From an uncultured Nitrospiraceae bacterium (lineage in GTDB: Bacteria; Nitrospirota; Nitrospiria; Nitrospirales; Nitrospiraceae): 64,000 nt of DNA. The stretch covers positions 192,001 through 256,000 of the forward strand of contig CAVPLT010000004.1 in the NCBI GenBank assembly GCA_963706325.1, in the 5' to 3' direction. Shown here piece by piece: positions 29,125 to 40,187 of the stretch; positions within the stretch are counted from its first letter, which is position 1, and each line of letters begins with the position of its first letter. The translations under genes were made by a program, and so were the position numbers. The notes beneath the pieces are model-generated. The model had not been told where the DNA came from. It did not search any database and saw only the letters and a list, made by a program, of their open reading frames with translations.

Positions 29125-30776
29125 TGTTTCACCACACTTCCGGGCTGGCCGGTTGCGCAGGAGTCACCGGTATTTTCTTTCCGCTCGCCCCACACCTCTC
29201 GATCGCTAGTAGCGGTCGATGCATTCATGCACTGTAGGATGCCGGTCAGAGGAAGGTCGACCCAATCCGGCCGGTTATTTAGTTCATAGGCGAGTTCATA
29301 AAGTGCCTTGTGGAGCAGATGCCTGTCCAGAAGAAGATGGAATTCTTGGTGAGACCGCGGTGAGAACGGCGCCTCGCCGGCAATGGCGTGATAACCTCGG
29401 AGAAATGCCGTGCGGGCGCTTTGATACCACTGTTCCGCCCAAGATATTAGACTCTGCGTCGTCTGAAACTCGCCTCTTTGCCGTAATGCGGCATGGGCTG
29501 CATAGTGGAACGAGCGAACCATACCGGCGAGATCGACAACGGGGATATGCTTGGCTCGCCGTTCTGCCAGCGGTCTGGCTGGCTCTCCCTCATAATCAAT
29601 AATCACAAAGTCCTCTCCCGTGTAGAGGACCTGTCCGAGATGATAATCGCCATGGCAACGGATGCGCATGGCCGTCAAGGGCGAATTGCCCAGAGACCCT
29701 AACCGATCCAGAATGAGGGATTGCTGTCCCAAGACCACTTGCGCCTGTGCCTGCTTGATTTCTGGGAGGGTACACAAGCGATCGCGTAGCAATGTCAGTG
29801 CACGAATGGCCGACTGTTGCATGGCTTGAACCCGCGACTGTATGTAAGACGAAGAGCAGACTTCGGCGGCAAAGGCAGGATCGTCGCTGGTTTCTCCCAG
29901 CGCCATATGGAGTTCCGCTGTGCGCCGCCCTAACAGGCGCGCCGCATCCACGAAATCAGGTTCAAAAGAGCTATTGTTCGAAGCACTTGAGGAGACGCGG
30001 TCGAAGTAATGGGAGAGTTGGGACAGCGCATATTCCCATGCATTGCCGCGATTGGCGACGAAGGTTTGTGCCAATACCAGTGTTGTAGGATCGTTGCTGC
30101 GCTGGTGATATTCCAGGGCACCCACAAGGGAAGGAGAATGACGAAAATTTCGAGCGGTGAGGGTACGACCTATTTCCAATTCAGGATTTATGCCTGGCTC
30201 GACCCGGCGATAAAGCTTCATGATGACGCGGTCGCCGAACTTCACCGACGTATTACTCTGTTCGGCTTTCATCACGCTTATAGCGGCCGCGTGGGGGCGT
30301 TCTGCTACCTCGTCAAATAATGCCGTTGCCGATCCCACGACCGTGCCTGAGGTTCCTTGAAATTGCGCGCCTTGTCCCATACTAGCCAAAAGCGAATAGG
30401 CACATGCTTCATTCCACAAGGCATCGTACAGCACTCCGACGTGATTTCCTTGAGGACCGAGCACCGTGACCGCCCCAATGACAGCGCTCGAATGATCGCG
30501 TCTAATTCGGTCAGCCTCCGCTTCGAAGGCCGCGGTCATCAAAACCGTATACGTTTCTACGTCTCTTTCGGAGTACGAGACCTCCACGAATCCCAGCAGC
30601 ATAGGAGAATCACCTCTGTCGACTCGTAGGATATCCGTAAACTTAGCGGAGCGGATGGTCTTGGCCTTACCTCCAAACCACCGGGACGATGTGAGGAATG
30701 CGGGCAGCAAGCCCTCGAGTTCCGTATGGGCCTGGCCATCAACGACCCTCTCCCAATTATTGTGAATCGTGATCAT
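29121..30776 (-). CDS. mak: Maltokinase (Mak/Pep2)
   Basis: [65 protein letters not shown]. Confidence 0.9.
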   Translation of the reverse strand: MITIHNNWERVVDGQAHTELEGLLPAFLTSSRWFGGKAKTIRSAKFTDILRVDRGDSPMLLGFVEVSYSERDVETYTVLMTAAFEAEADRIRRDHSSAVIGAVTVLGPQGNHVGVLYDALWNEACAYSLLASMGQGAQFQGTSGTVVGSATALFDEVAERPHAAAISVMKAEQSNTSVKFGDRVIMKLYRRVEPGINPELEIGRTLTARNFRHSPSLVGALEYHQRSNDPTTLVLAQTFVANRGNAWEYALSQLSHYFDRVSSSASNNSSFEPDFVDAARLLGRRTAELHMALGETSDDPAFAAEVCSSSYIQSRVQAMQQSAIRALTLLRDRLCTLPEIKQAQAQVVLGQQSLILDRLGSLGNSPLTAMRIRCHGDYHLGQVLYTGEDFVIIDYEGEPARPLAERRAKHIPVVDLAGMVRSFHYAAHAALRQRGEFQTTQSLISWAEQWYQSARTAFLRGYHAIAGEAPFSPRSHQEFHLLLDRHLLHKALYELAYELNNRPDWVDLPLTGILQCMNASTATSDREVWGERKENTGDSCATGQPGSVVKQ

Positions 30777-30799
30777 GAGTCCTTTCCCCACCGCTCCCT

Positions 30800-32875
30800 T
30801 TACAGGAAATAGTCAAAGTCCTGTTCACGCCGCATATTTCGCCGCACAGCAAAAATTTGGACCGGCGTTGAATGTGGGTCGAGCTGCACATAGTTTCGAG
30901 ACCCATGCCAGAGATAGTAGGCATGCGTCAGCAAATCATGGACCTGGAAGGGACGGTTGTCCTGTAGCCCCAATGCTGCGAGGTCCAACTCGAGCCAGCC
31001 CGAATGGATGTGATGCGGACTTAAATTCACCACAACGAGAATGACGTTCTTCCCGTCGTGCGTCTGTTTGCTGTAGGCGATCAGTTGGTCGTTGTCGATA
31101 GTGTGAAATCGCAGGCTGCCATCACCGTGCAGCGCGGGGTTGTCGCGGCGAATACGGTTGATCGCTCCGATAAACTCCTTCAAGCTGTCGGGCCTCGCGA
31201 TATCCCAACGTCGAATTTCATATTTCTCCGAGTCCAAATACTCCTCGCTGCCGGGTTTATGAGGTCGGTCTTCGTACAACTCAAACGCAGGTCCGTAAAT
31301 GCCATAGTTGGCGCCCAGCGTGGCGGCCAAGGCCAGTCGAGCCATGAAGACCGGGCGCCCGCCATGCTGGAGATGTTCGGTCAGAATATCCGGCGTATTG
31401 GTCCAGAGGTTGGGGCGAAAATACTCTTGCACTTGGGTCCTGGTCAGTTCAGTGAAATAGTCGGTCAGTTCTTGCTTGGTGTTGCGCCAGGCAAAGTAGG
31501 TGTAGGACTGGGTAAAGCCAACTTTGGCGAGGTGATACATGACCTTCGGCCGCGTGAAGGCTTCCGCAAGAAAAATGATATCCGGATCCCGCTGCTTGAT
31601 GTCGGCGATCAGCCATTTCCAAAAAGGGAATGGTTTCGTGTGAGGATTGTCGACGCGGAAGATGCGGATGCCTCGATCGATCCAGTACTGCACGACGGCC
31701 CGGAGTTCTTTCCACAATTCGTCAGCGGCTTCGCTCTCAAAATTCAGCGGAAAAATATCCTGATACTTTTTGGGAGGATTTTCCGCAAACTGGATCGTGC
31801 CATCAGGACGGGTGGTAAACCATTCCGGGTGCTCGGTCACGTATGGATGATCGGGAGAACATTGAAAGGCTAAATCAAGTGCGAGCTCGATATTCAGCGC
31901 CTTGGCTGCATCAATGAGGCGCTTGAAATCGTCCAGAGTTCCCAGCTCTGGATGGATGGCCGTATGGCCGCCGTCGCTCGCGCCGATGGCCCAGGGACTG
32001 CCCACCGATTTGGAGTCTCCGCGCGGGTCATTATTCGGTCCTTTCCGGTGCGTTTCCCCAATGGGATGAATCGGGGGAAGGTAGAGCACGTCAAATCCCA
32101 TTTCAGCGATATAGGGGAGACGAGATTCACAATCTCTGAATGTGCCGTGCGGCCGATCGTTGCTTACGGCAGAACGTGGGAACATTTCGTACCAGGCGCT
32201 GAATCGAGCTCTGGGACGATCGACCACCACGGCAAGCTCTCTGTCATAGGTCGTGGCCAGGTGCCGATCAACACACGACATCATCACGTCTGCGACCTCT
32301 TGTCCAAGCAGTAGGTCGAGCTGAGCCTGCAGTCGAGTTTCTGATGATGACAGTACCCGATCCATGTCTTTCAGCCGCTGACTCGAGTCAGCCGGCGCGC
32401 GAGAGGCCGCCTCCTCGAGCAGGCGTTTGCCAATTACAAGATCCACCCGTATGTCTTGCTTCGCTTCTACTCGTTTGCGCATATCGCGTCGCCAGGTGGC
32501 AAAATGATCCACCCAGCCCATCACGCTATATCGATACTGGCCGATCTCGGTAACGTCGAATGATGCGTACCATCGATCATTGGCAAGGAACGTAAGCGGG
32601 ATTTCTCGCCATCCATTATCCTGCTCATGGCAGTACCGAAGGACTCCGCGTACGATGTCATGCCCATCTGCGAAGAGGTCCGCCTCGACGAGAATGGTGT
32701 CTCCGACTACTCGCTTGATGGGGTGTCGTCCGCCGTCAAGCTCTGGTCGGACATGCTCGATCACCACCCGTTGGCGCCGTTCGTCTTTGACGTACTCGGA
32801 CGACGAAGAATTTCTCGGCGCCACCTGACTCGCGGTGGTGTCTCGTGTTGACTTGTTGGTGCTGGCCTTGTTCAT
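30800..32875 (-). CDS. glgE: Alpha-1,4-glucan:maltose-1-phosphate maltosyltransferase
   Basis: AWYEMFPRS, LYLPPIHPIG, GSPWAIG, ENPPKKYQDI, FRVDNPHTKP, AEAFT, NTPDIL. Confidence 0.97.
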   Translation of the reverse strand: MNKASTNKSTRDTTASQVAPRNSSSSEYVKDERRQRVVIEHVRPELDGGRHPIKRVVGDTILVEADLFADGHDIVRGVLRYCHEQDNGWREIPLTFLANDRWYASFDVTEIGQYRYSVMGWVDHFATWRRDMRKRVEAKQDIRVDLVIGKRLLEEAASRAPADSSQRLKDMDRVLSSSETRLQAQLDLLLGQEVADVMMSCVDRHLATTYDRELAVVVDRPRARFSAWYEMFPRSAVSNDRPHGTFRDCESRLPYIAEMGFDVLYLPPIHPIGETHRKGPNNDPRGDSKSVGSPWAIGASDGGHTAIHPELGTLDDFKRLIDAAKALNIELALDLAFQCSPDHPYVTEHPEWFTTRPDGTIQFAENPPKKYQDIFPLNFESEAADELWKELRAVVQYWIDRGIRIFRVDNPHTKPFPFWKWLIADIKQRDPDIIFLAEAFTRPKVMYHLAKVGFTQSYTYFAWRNTKQELTDYFTELTRTQVQEYFRPNLWTNTPDILTEHLQHGGRPVFMARLALAATLGANYGIYGPAFELYEDRPHKPGSEEYLDSEKYEIRRWDIARPDSLKEFIGAINRIRRDNPALHGDGSLRFHTIDNDQLIAYSKQTHDGKNVILVVVNLSPHHIHSGWLELDLAALGLQDNRPFQVHDLLTHAYYLWHGSRNYVQLDPHSTPVQIFAVRRNMRREQDFDYFL

Positions 32876-33573
32876 AGGTGCGATAACTGGTCGGGTTTAC
32901 GGTTATGATGAACGAATCGACGTTCGAGCGCGTCGCGCATAAGGTGCCGCGCACCCAATCCCACGGCTAGCGCGATCGCGAGCACCACCCCACCGAACGT
33001 AATGGAGAAGGCTGCGATCACGATCTCCTTGGCGATGCCCAACTGGGTCAGCACCATCGCGAAGGTGAAGAGCAAGAGCCCCCAGCGCACCAGTCCCGCA
33101 ACGATACGGGCTTCTTCCACCTGAGCATTCACGGCGGCAATCAGCGCCGCCTCGGCAAAGAAGTTGGCGCAGAGCACGCCCACGAGGAGGACGAGGGATG
33201 CGGCCAGGACATTCGGTAGAAAGGCGACGATCTGACTGATTAAATTAGCCGTGGCCGGTAAGTTCATCGCATCCACGCCCATGAACGCGAACAAGAGGAA
33301 GACGATCCAAAACAAGACTCTGCTGACGACCATAGAGACCGGTTGTCGAACACCGGCTTGGGACAATGGCTGGGCAATGCCCAACCGTTCGCAGAATGAA
33401 TCAAAGCCAAAGGTTCGGAGGACGCGTAGGGTGAGTATCTTTATGATCCATGCTGCCATCAGGCCCAACGCCAAGAAGGTGAGTAAAGCGAGGAGCCGCG
33501 GCAATACCTGCAGAATCTGAATGACGGTGTCACGAAAGCCGGCGACCATTGTTTCTCTCCACAGGTCACTCAT
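32872..33573 (-). CDS. CmpX-like / conserved TM-helix membrane protein (MscS-associated)
   Basis: Multiple TM helices; FLPNVLAA, LTQLGIAKEIV..FGGVVLAIALAVGLGAR. Confidence 0.8.
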   Translation of the reverse strand: MSDLWRETMVAGFRDTVIQILQVLPRLLALLTFLALGLMAAWIIKILTLRVLRTFGFDSFCERLGIAQPLSQAGVRQPVSMVVSRVLFWIVFLLFAFMGVDAMNLPATANLISQIVAFLPNVLAASLVLLVGVLCANFFAEAALIAAVNAQVEEARIVAGLVRWGLLLFTFAMVLTQLGIAKEIVIAAFSITFGGVVLAIALAVGLGARHLMRDALERRFVHHNRKPDQLSHL

Positions 33574-34888
33574 CGCGCCACCTCCATTGTTCAACCAGAT
33601 AGGACTTTGATTGCTCAAATTGCTTGCAGAGTGCCTCCACGGTTCTGTCCACTTGATCCCCGTCGCCGTGCTGTGTTTCCAACACAAAGGAGGCTGTACG
33701 GCCTAGATAGAGTGGCGTCAGCGACTTCAGCATATGCTCCCTGTGCAAGGTTTGGTCGTGGTAGGCAAGGGCAAAATCATAGACCGTCTGCACCCAGAGG
33801 GCTGGTGGAAACCGGAAGTCCTCCGGGGCCTGCATATCGAGGGTCAGGATCTGCCCCAAGGTATCTTGCGAAAGGATCAATTCCCACAGCGGGAGCAGAT
33901 CGCGAACTCCTTGCTTGAATCCGCTGACCATGCGGCCGGTCTGCAAGGGGCCAGGGTCGGGCGCCGGTTCGGCGGTGCCATACAGAGGCACCTCAATGGA
34001 TTCTTTGGTCCGCGCCCAGGAAGATTCGTATTCTTCCATTGAGTGAAAAATGCCGCCGACGGTTTGGGCGAGGACAACGGATAGATCGACAGCCCCAATT
34101 TTCGTCTCCTGATCTCTGGTTCCGAGAAAGGTGTGACAGACGCGATAGTTGCCCGCCAGAGCGGCCGTCGTCATCCAGCCGTCCACGCTGAATTTTCCAC
34201 TGGCGCCTGTCCACGTCGATCGGCTGTGCAGGTCGCGCGCGAATTTGCCCGACAGGGCGTAGGCGCCCCCGCTCGGGTACCGTAAGCGTTTCCCGTACAG
34301 CGCCCTCGTTAATGGATACAGCAGGTTGGAAACCAAGGTGCCTTCATAGCGGTGGCGGCGGTAGAGGGGAACCACGAAATCTTCGCCGGCTTCGTATACC
34401 GGTCTGGCCAGTTGATTGATCCAGGTGGTACTAAGCGAACGAAGCTGTCCCTCAAGGATGAGGCACACTTTCGGTTGAAGCTGTTCCGCGGCGAGGCAGA
34501 AGTTCCGAATACTCTCATCTCGCCCTGGGAAACCGGATTCTCTCGTCAAATTGGCATAGGTACTTGCCGCGTTGGGAATGAGTCGGACCGGAACAATGCC
34601 CGCCGCGATCCGATCGATGATGCCGGGCGTACCGTCTTGCGAGCCAGCATCGCAATTCACAAGCGACGCCGAAGTATTCGGAAATGACTCTCGCAATCCC
34701 TGGAGAAGTGATTGTACGAGTGATTCAATCGTGCCCGCATTGTTCAGCGTCAGTAGCCCCACCATGATGTCGATGGTTTCAGTCGGGCGCTCGCGGTCAA
34801 GGATGGGGGAGGCAGGCGCCGCCTGTTCCTGTGCCAGCTTATCCGCTGTCTTGTTCCCGCCTTGCGGGATCGAAGCTAAGGTCGTCAT
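33566..34888 (-). CDS. GT2 glycosyltransferase, glucosylglycerate/mannosylglycerate-synthase-like, degenerate motifs
   Basis: VGLLTLNNAGTI, NCDAGSQDGT, VPLYRRHRYEGTL..YPLTRALYG, LTPLYLGRTASFV. Confidence 0.75.
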   Translation of the reverse strand: MTTLASIPQGGNKTADKLAQEQAAPASPILDRERPTETIDIMVGLLTLNNAGTIESLVQSLLQGLRESFPNTSASLVNCDAGSQDGTPGIIDRIAAGIVPVRLIPNAASTYANLTRESGFPGRDESIRNFCLAAEQLQPKVCLILEGQLRSLSTTWINQLARPVYEAGEDFVVPLYRRHRYEGTLVSNLLYPLTRALYGKRLRYPSGGAYALSGKFARDLHSRSTWTGASGKFSVDGWMTTAALAGNYRVCHTFLGTRDQETKIGAVDLSVVLAQTVGGIFHSMEEYESSWARTKESIEVPLYGTAEPAPDPGPLQTGRMVSGFKQGVRDLLPLWELILSQDTLGQILTLDMQAPEDFRFPPALWVQTVYDFALAYHDQTLHREHMLKSLTPLYLGRTASFVLETQHGDGDQVDRTVEALCKQFEQSKSYLVEQWRWRDE

Positions 34889-34904
34889 TGGTTACGCGTG
34901 GCCA

Positions 34905-36119
34905 TTAGGATAGGGGCAAGAGCTTCAACAATGTCAGGTAATCGCTCAGCTGCCTCGTGATAAGAAAATTGCGCCGCACATGTTCGCGCGCCATGGCTCC
35001 CATTCTATTCATGAGTCCCGGGTTGTTGAGTAAGTGACGAGTCCGGAATCCCGCGCCTTCGACGGTATGGATAACATATCCCGTAACGCCATCGACAATT
35101 TGAGCGGCGATGCCCCCAGCCGTGCTCCCGACCACGGGTTTTCCTTTCCACATGGCTTCGGAAACGGTCAGGCCAAATCCTTCCTTAATGGACTTTTGCA
35201 GCACGACCGTGGCGCTCCGCTGCAATGCGTTGATTTCAAGGTCTGCTTCAGGAGGGAGTTGAATGACATGAATATCGGCATCGCGGCCTGCCGCCTCACA
35301 AAGTTCTCCAAGAACCGCTTCACCCTCCGGGTCATGCATCACACCGGCCCCGGCGAGCACCAACTGACAGTCGTGGTGCTTTTTCACGAGCCTATAGGCC
35401 TGAATGGCGCCTAGAGGATCCTTAAACCGGTCAAACCGGGCGACCTGTAACAGCATAGGTTTGGTCCGGGGAATGCCGAGACGATCCATGATTTGAGTGA
35501 TTTCAGACCGCCCCATCTCGCGATTCTTCGGACTCAACGGGTCAATGGACGGAGAGATCAAGAATTTGGGGATCGGCAGTCGTTGGGCAAAGCCGGAGAG
35601 CGAAAAAATCGCCGCGTCGTACTTCAACACAGATCGTCGAAGAAAAGTCCAGGCGGGGCGCTGCGGCTGTGCCAGATCCAGATGGCAACGCCAGAGCCAG
35701 CAGCCATTGGTCCGATAGTCCACGAGGCCAGCCGGCTGGTGGTCGTGAACCATGACGACGTCTGCTTCGAGGTTGAGCGCCTTGGCGTTGCGTTCCATGA
35801 TAGTCGAATAGGTATGGTACATCTGGTCGGTGATTTTGTCGTCCCGTCCCTGGAGCGCATTCAGCATGTGATTGACCACCACGAAATACTCTTGCGTCCC
35901 CGCCAGAACTTCCCACCGTGCGTCGACGCCTAGGGATACCATCATGGGAACAAGGCGGCGCAACACTTCCGACATCCCGCCTCCGTAGCGGACGGCGTTG
36001 AGGTGGAGGAAGCTTTTGCCCTTCACCAGATCGCTCAGCCGGTAAAGAAAATCGACGGTGCCTTTCGGCGACACGTCGCGATATTCATCCAAGGACGAGT
36101 TCACAGATGACTCCCTCAC
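34905..36119 (-). CDS. treT: Trehalose synthase TreT (GT4)
   Basis: GGGMSEVL, HDHQP, WRCHLD, SIDPLSPKN, RFDRFKDP, QKSIKEGFGLTVSEAMWK; start may be GTG at 36104. Confidence 0.85.
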   Translation of the reverse strand: MRESSVNSSLDEYRDVSPKGTVDFLYRLSDLVKGKSFLHLNAVRYGGGMSEVLRRLVPMMVSLGVDARWEVLAGTQEYFVVVNHMLNALQGRDDKITDQMYHTYSTIMERNAKALNLEADVVMVHDHQPAGLVDYRTNGCWLWRCHLDLAQPQRPAWTFLRRSVLKYDAAIFSLSGFAQRLPIPKFLISPSIDPLSPKNREMGRSEITQIMDRLGIPRTKPMLLQVARFDRFKDPLGAIQAYRLVKKHHDCQLVLAGAGVMHDPEGEAVLGELCEAAGRDADIHVIQLPPEADLEINALQRSATVVLQKSIKEGFGLTVSEAMWKGKPVVGSTAGGIAAQIVDGVTGYVIHTVEGAGFRTRHLLNNPGLMNRMGAMAREHVRRNFLITRQLSDYLTLLKLLPLS

Positions 36120-36149
36120 GCCTGAAAGGGCGTGGCCGTCTCGCGTGAA

Positions 36150-37829
36150 TCAAATCGCACTCCATTCCATGCTGTATGCGCTGGTCCGTGACCGCACTGC
36201 CGGAAGATGCAACCAGTAGGAACTGTAGGGGCCCAATGTCAGCACATAAGGACGCTCGCTGATCACGGGGAATCTTGACTCTCCGAATAATTCTTCAGGA
36301 ACGATATCTTTGTAGCGTCCAAGCTCCAGTTCCACGGCCTGGGAGGATTCCGCCAGGTTATGCACCAGCAAAACCGTGTGTTGCTCGTAGGCACGAAGGT
36401 AGACCAAAATTTTTTCATTTGCCGGGTTCAGGAATTCCAATGTCCCGCGACCGAAGACCTTGTGCTTCTTGCGGATCGCGATCATGCGACGCATCCAGTT
36501 GAGCAGCGAATGTGTGGCTTGCTTTTGAGCGTCAATATTAACGGACTGATAGCCGTAGACCGCATCGGTGACGACGGGAAGAAACAGCTGCGAAGGATCT
36601 GCTTTGGAAAATCCAGCATTGCGATCGGCCGTCCAGTGCATCGGCGTGCGCACGCCATTTCGGTCTCCGAGATGAATATTGTCCCCCATTCCGATTTCAT
36701 CTCCGTAATAAACGATCGGGCTACCGGGCAGGGTGAAAACGATGCTGTTCAGCAATTCCACCTTACGGCGATCGTTGTCCAGGAGCGGAGCCAGACGACG
36801 GGCGATGCCGATGTTGCGGCGCATCTGTGGATCGCGGGCATAGGCGTAATACATGTAGTCGCGTTCTTCCCCGGTGCACATCTCCAGCGTCAATTCGTCG
36901 TGGTTCCGCAGAAACAGGCACCACTGACAGGCGGGAGGGATGTCAGGAGTGTGCTTGAACATGTCGATGATCGGCTGGCGATCTTCACTCCGTACCCCCA
37001 TAAACAAGCGAGGCATGAGCGGGAAATGGAAGGCCATATGAAACTCATCGCCGTCCCCGAAGTAGGGACGTACATCGCTGGGCCATTGATTGGCTTCGGC
37101 CAGAAGCACACGGCCTTTGTACCGCTGATCGATACTGCTCCGAATCTCTTTCAAGTAGCGATGAGTCTCCGGCAGGTTTTCGCAGATCGTATCCTCGCGC
37201 TCAAAGAGATAGGGCACTGCATCGCATCGAAATCCGTCAAGTCCCTGATCGAGCCAGTACTCCATGACTTGAATCATGGCGCGGCGGACTTCCGGGTTAT
37301 CATAGTTGAGATCCGGTTGATGACTGAAGAAGCGATGCCAGAAGTAGGCTTGCGCTTCTGGGTCCCAGGTCCAGTTGGATTTCTCGGTATCGACAAAAAT
37401 GATTCTGGCCTGAGCATATTTCTGATCCGTATCGCTCCAGACGTAGTAATGTCTTGTCGGGGAGTCAGGAGAAGTCCTGGCTGCCTGAAACCATGCGTGC
37501 TGGTCTGATGTATGGTTCAAGATGAGATCAACGATCACCCGCATGCCGCGCCGGTGCGCCTCGTCGAGCAGGCGCCGGAAATCTTCGATTGTGCCGTATG
37601 CCGCGGCGATGCTGCGAAAGTCGGCGACATCGTAGCCGTCATCTCGGAGAGGAGAGGGATAGAAGGGAAGCAACCACAGACAATCGACACCAAGCCACTC
37701 CAGATAGTCCAGCTTTTGAATCAGTCCCGCAAAATCACCGACGCCATCGTCGTTGCCGTCATAAAATGCGCGGACATGGAGCTCGTAAAATACAGCGTCC
37801 TTGTACCAGAGCGGATCTTGATTGAGCAT
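36150..37829 (-). CDS. treS: Trehalose synthase TreS (maltose alpha-D-glucosyltransferase)
   Basis: [58 protein letters not shown]. Confidence 0.97.
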   Translation of the reverse strand: MLNQDPLWYKDAVFYELHVRAFYDGNDDGVGDFAGLIQKLDYLEWLGVDCLWLLPFYPSPLRDDGYDVADFRSIAAAYGTIEDFRRLLDEAHRRGMRVIVDLILNHTSDQHAWFQAARTSPDSPTRHYYVWSDTDQKYAQARIIFVDTEKSNWTWDPEAQAYFWHRFFSHQPDLNYDNPEVRRAMIQVMEYWLDQGLDGFRCDAVPYLFEREDTICENLPETHRYLKEIRSSIDQRYKGRVLLAEANQWPSDVRPYFGDGDEFHMAFHFPLMPRLFMGVRSEDRQPIIDMFKHTPDIPPACQWCLFLRNHDELTLEMCTGEERDYMYYAYARDPQMRRNIGIARRLAPLLDNDRRKVELLNSIVFTLPGSPIVYYGDEIGMGDNIHLGDRNGVRTPMHWTADRNAGFSKADPSQLFLPVVTDAVYGYQSVNIDAQKQATHSLLNWMRRMIAIRKKHKVFGRGTLEFLNPANEKILVYLRAYEQHTVLLVHNLAESSQAVELELGRYKDIVPEELFGESRFPVISERPYVLTLGPYSSYWLHLPAVRSRTSAYSMEWSAI

Positions 37830-37832
37830 CGA

Positions 37833-38507
37833 TTAGACTTTCGCCGAATCACCGGTGAGGAATTCGTCGCACGCGGTGATGAGTCTGGATCGTAGGCGTT
37901 CCAGGCTGCCTTGGTATGGATTGATGGCGCGGATACAATCGGCCAATTTCCCAAGGCCAAAGTCCGAACGAATCCATGTCGAAAAATCATTTTCTTCCCG
38001 TCGTAATCGAAAATGGGCCTCGAACATATGGAAATAAATGGTACTCACGTCGATATCAGCCACCATGTCGCGAAACTCTTGCAGCGTGCGCGCCTCCAAG
38101 CCGAGCGGCACTTGAAGAATGCGTGAGCGTTTGAAGTGGAACGGCTTGCCGAACACGACTCGGGGAATAATGGGTGTTCGGGAGAGGTGGTCATCGATGA
38201 TGGAGATGATCTCTTCCCGCAACTCTTCCAAGTCCGGATAACCAAAGGGATCAATGACAGCCAACCGTTCGCCTAGGACATGATCACCGATCTGCATGAC
38301 TACCCATTGGGCGAAATCGTTAGGATAAGCGCCTTCAATCAAGCCATGCCGGAGAAAATAGCTGTGGGTATGGAAGTGAATGGAATCCAGGGGAACTTCT
38401 TCGATCAGTCCTGCCAGCTCTTTCTCGTCATCCGCTTGATGAGCGATGCTTTCCTGCAATTCGCTGCAACCAATGAACGCAAAAGGAGACTTTGCAATGA
38501 GCGCCAC
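37833..38507 (-). CDS. DUF5752 (OrfY-like) protein
   Basis: Duplicated motif: SIHFHTH..YPNDFAQWV..LGERLA / TIYFHMFE..NDFSTWI..LADCI; upstream of treS/treT. Confidence 0.8.
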   Translation of the reverse strand: MALIAKSPFAFIGCSELQESIAHQADDEKELAGLIEEVPLDSIHFHTHSYFLRHGLIEGAYPNDFAQWVVMQIGDHVLGERLAVIDPFGYPDLEELREEIISIIDDHLSRTPIIPRVVFGKPFHFKRSRILQVPLGLEARTLQEFRDMVADIDVSTIYFHMFEAHFRLRREENDFSTWIRSDFGLGKLADCIRAINPYQGSLERLRSRLITACDEFLTGDSAKV

Positions 38508-39321
38508 AATCGTGTTTCCTCGTTCATAAGAGAATCGGGCAGAGAAACGCACACGGAGTTCTGAAGGGGTTTAATTCTCCATGGCTGCCAACCAGTTCCC
38601 GTCCCAATCCGTTACTCCCACTATAAAGCGTTTGATCAAAGATCCAGACTAGTGAAACACCTAGCTGACCGTCGCGCACCATGCCGGTAAATATAGTACA
38701 GCTGCATGGCTTGCGGGGTAGGTGCGTCTATGAGATTACACACAACATGTATGGCGCCTGTTGACGGCATGCTGAAAGAAAGGTGTGGGAAGGATGCCCA
38801 GGGCCGTTCTATAACAAAGACAACACATGATGGCCAATTGCTCTCTCACTTCGAGTGTGAAGCGGGACACCTGTTCCATACCGATGAGACCTGCCAGTAT
38901 TATTTCGAATGCGACTGCCGACCTCGTTATGCGAGAGCCGGGCTTACGATGTCCGCGACTCTCTAGAAAACACACATCGTCATCATCGGCTACGTCGAGG
39001 TTGGATCGGCGCTGTGCGACCCCGGAGCCTGTTTCCTGCATTCCCCAGTAAATTGCCTGCGGTATCTGATATCCATGGGTAGTTGCCGCCATCCCATCGC
39101 CTCGTAACTTACGCCATATTCTGTTCACAAATCAGCGGTCCTCCTGTAGCGTGGAAGCATCTACGAACAGGTGCAAAATTGCGGGATCATTTCGCTCGTG
39201 GCCTTATGGGTCATACAGCCAATGTCCTTGAGTCGGTACGTTCGAGCGTTTGAGGCGCATATGGAGAGCCGCGCTTTGCCTCGCCGAAGCGATTAATCAC
39301 TTTTCTGCAGTAGTGCTGCGA

Positions 39322-40047
39322 ATGGATAAGGCACTCTACCCGTATCTTGTATTCTGGAGTATCGGCCTACTGTTCTTTCTGGCTGAGTGGCTCTATCCTG
39401 CGCGGCCCATTGCCTACCGTTCCGTCTTGTGGCGCGACGTATCGGCATTGGCTGCGTACAATCTTTCATTCCTCCTGGTGGTAGCCTGGACGGACCGGAT
39501 CCCGATTCCCGACTATGTCCCCGACGTCCTCTCCACGTTTCCCACGGTATATAAGCTCCTGCTCTTTTACATTGTTGAAGACTTCGGTCTGTACTGGGCG
39601 CACCGGCTCATGCACACAAAACTGGTATGGCGCATTCACCGCTGGCACCATGCGCCGAGGTATTTGTATTGGCTGGCAGGCATCCGCGCGACAATTCCGC
39701 ACATTGTGCTGTTCAACCTGACCTATGTTCTGGCCCTTCCCCTGCTGCACGACGCCTCCTCCTGGGCGTTTCAGGTCATCATGGTGGAGCACATCATGCG
39801 CAACAACTGGATGCATATGAACGTGACATGGCAATCGCGCTGGTTGGAGTGGCTGTTCGTGACCCCCCGGTACCATCACATCCATCATAGTAAAGATGCG
39901 GCCCATCAGGGGACGAATCTTGGCGCCCTGCTCACGATTTGGGATCGGCTGTTCGGGACGTATTACAATCCTGATGATCTGAAGGGCGAGTTATCGTTCG
40001 GACTCTCTGAACGGGTCGCGCCGGGAAGGCTCCTGATTGGTCTGTAG
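39322..40047 (+). CDS. Sterol desaturase / fatty acid hydroxylase family protein
   Basis: His boxes YWAHRLMH, HRWHH, WMHMN, TPRYHHIHH; IWDRLFGT. Confidence 0.88.
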   Translation: MDKALYPYLVFWSIGLLFFLAEWLYPARPIAYRSVLWRDVSALAAYNLSFLLVVAWTDRIPIPDYVPDVLSTFPTVYKLLLFYIVEDFGLYWAHRLMHTKLVWRIHRWHHAPRYLYWLAGIRATIPHIVLFNLTYVLALPLLHDASSWAFQVIMVEHIMRNNWMHMNVTWQSRWLEWLFVTPRYHHIHHSKDAAHQGTNLGALLTIWDRLFGTYYNPDDLKGELSFGLSERVAPGRLLIGL

Positions 40048-40187
40048 AAACCACACGCAGACAGTGGTCTGCAGGATCGATGGGGTATTTCGAGAAGTTT
40101 CCCCTAGGTTTGAGTTTGAGATCCGGTGAGGCGTAGGATGTCACTGTACCTATCAAAAATCCCAGACGTTCTCATGGAGCTGAGTAG

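Noticed and set aside
31058..37508. Long antisense ORFs (31058-31873, 36360-37508; likewise 24038-24766, 43514-44413, 50592-51596, 62013-62840)
   Set aside because: Shadow frames of well-supported genes in GC-rich DNA; no recognisable motifs
38706..38966. Cys/His-rich 86-aa ORF divergent from the trehalose operon
   Set aside because: CEAGH and CDC hint at metal binding, but there is no clear SD or family resemblance, so it could not be supported as a gene
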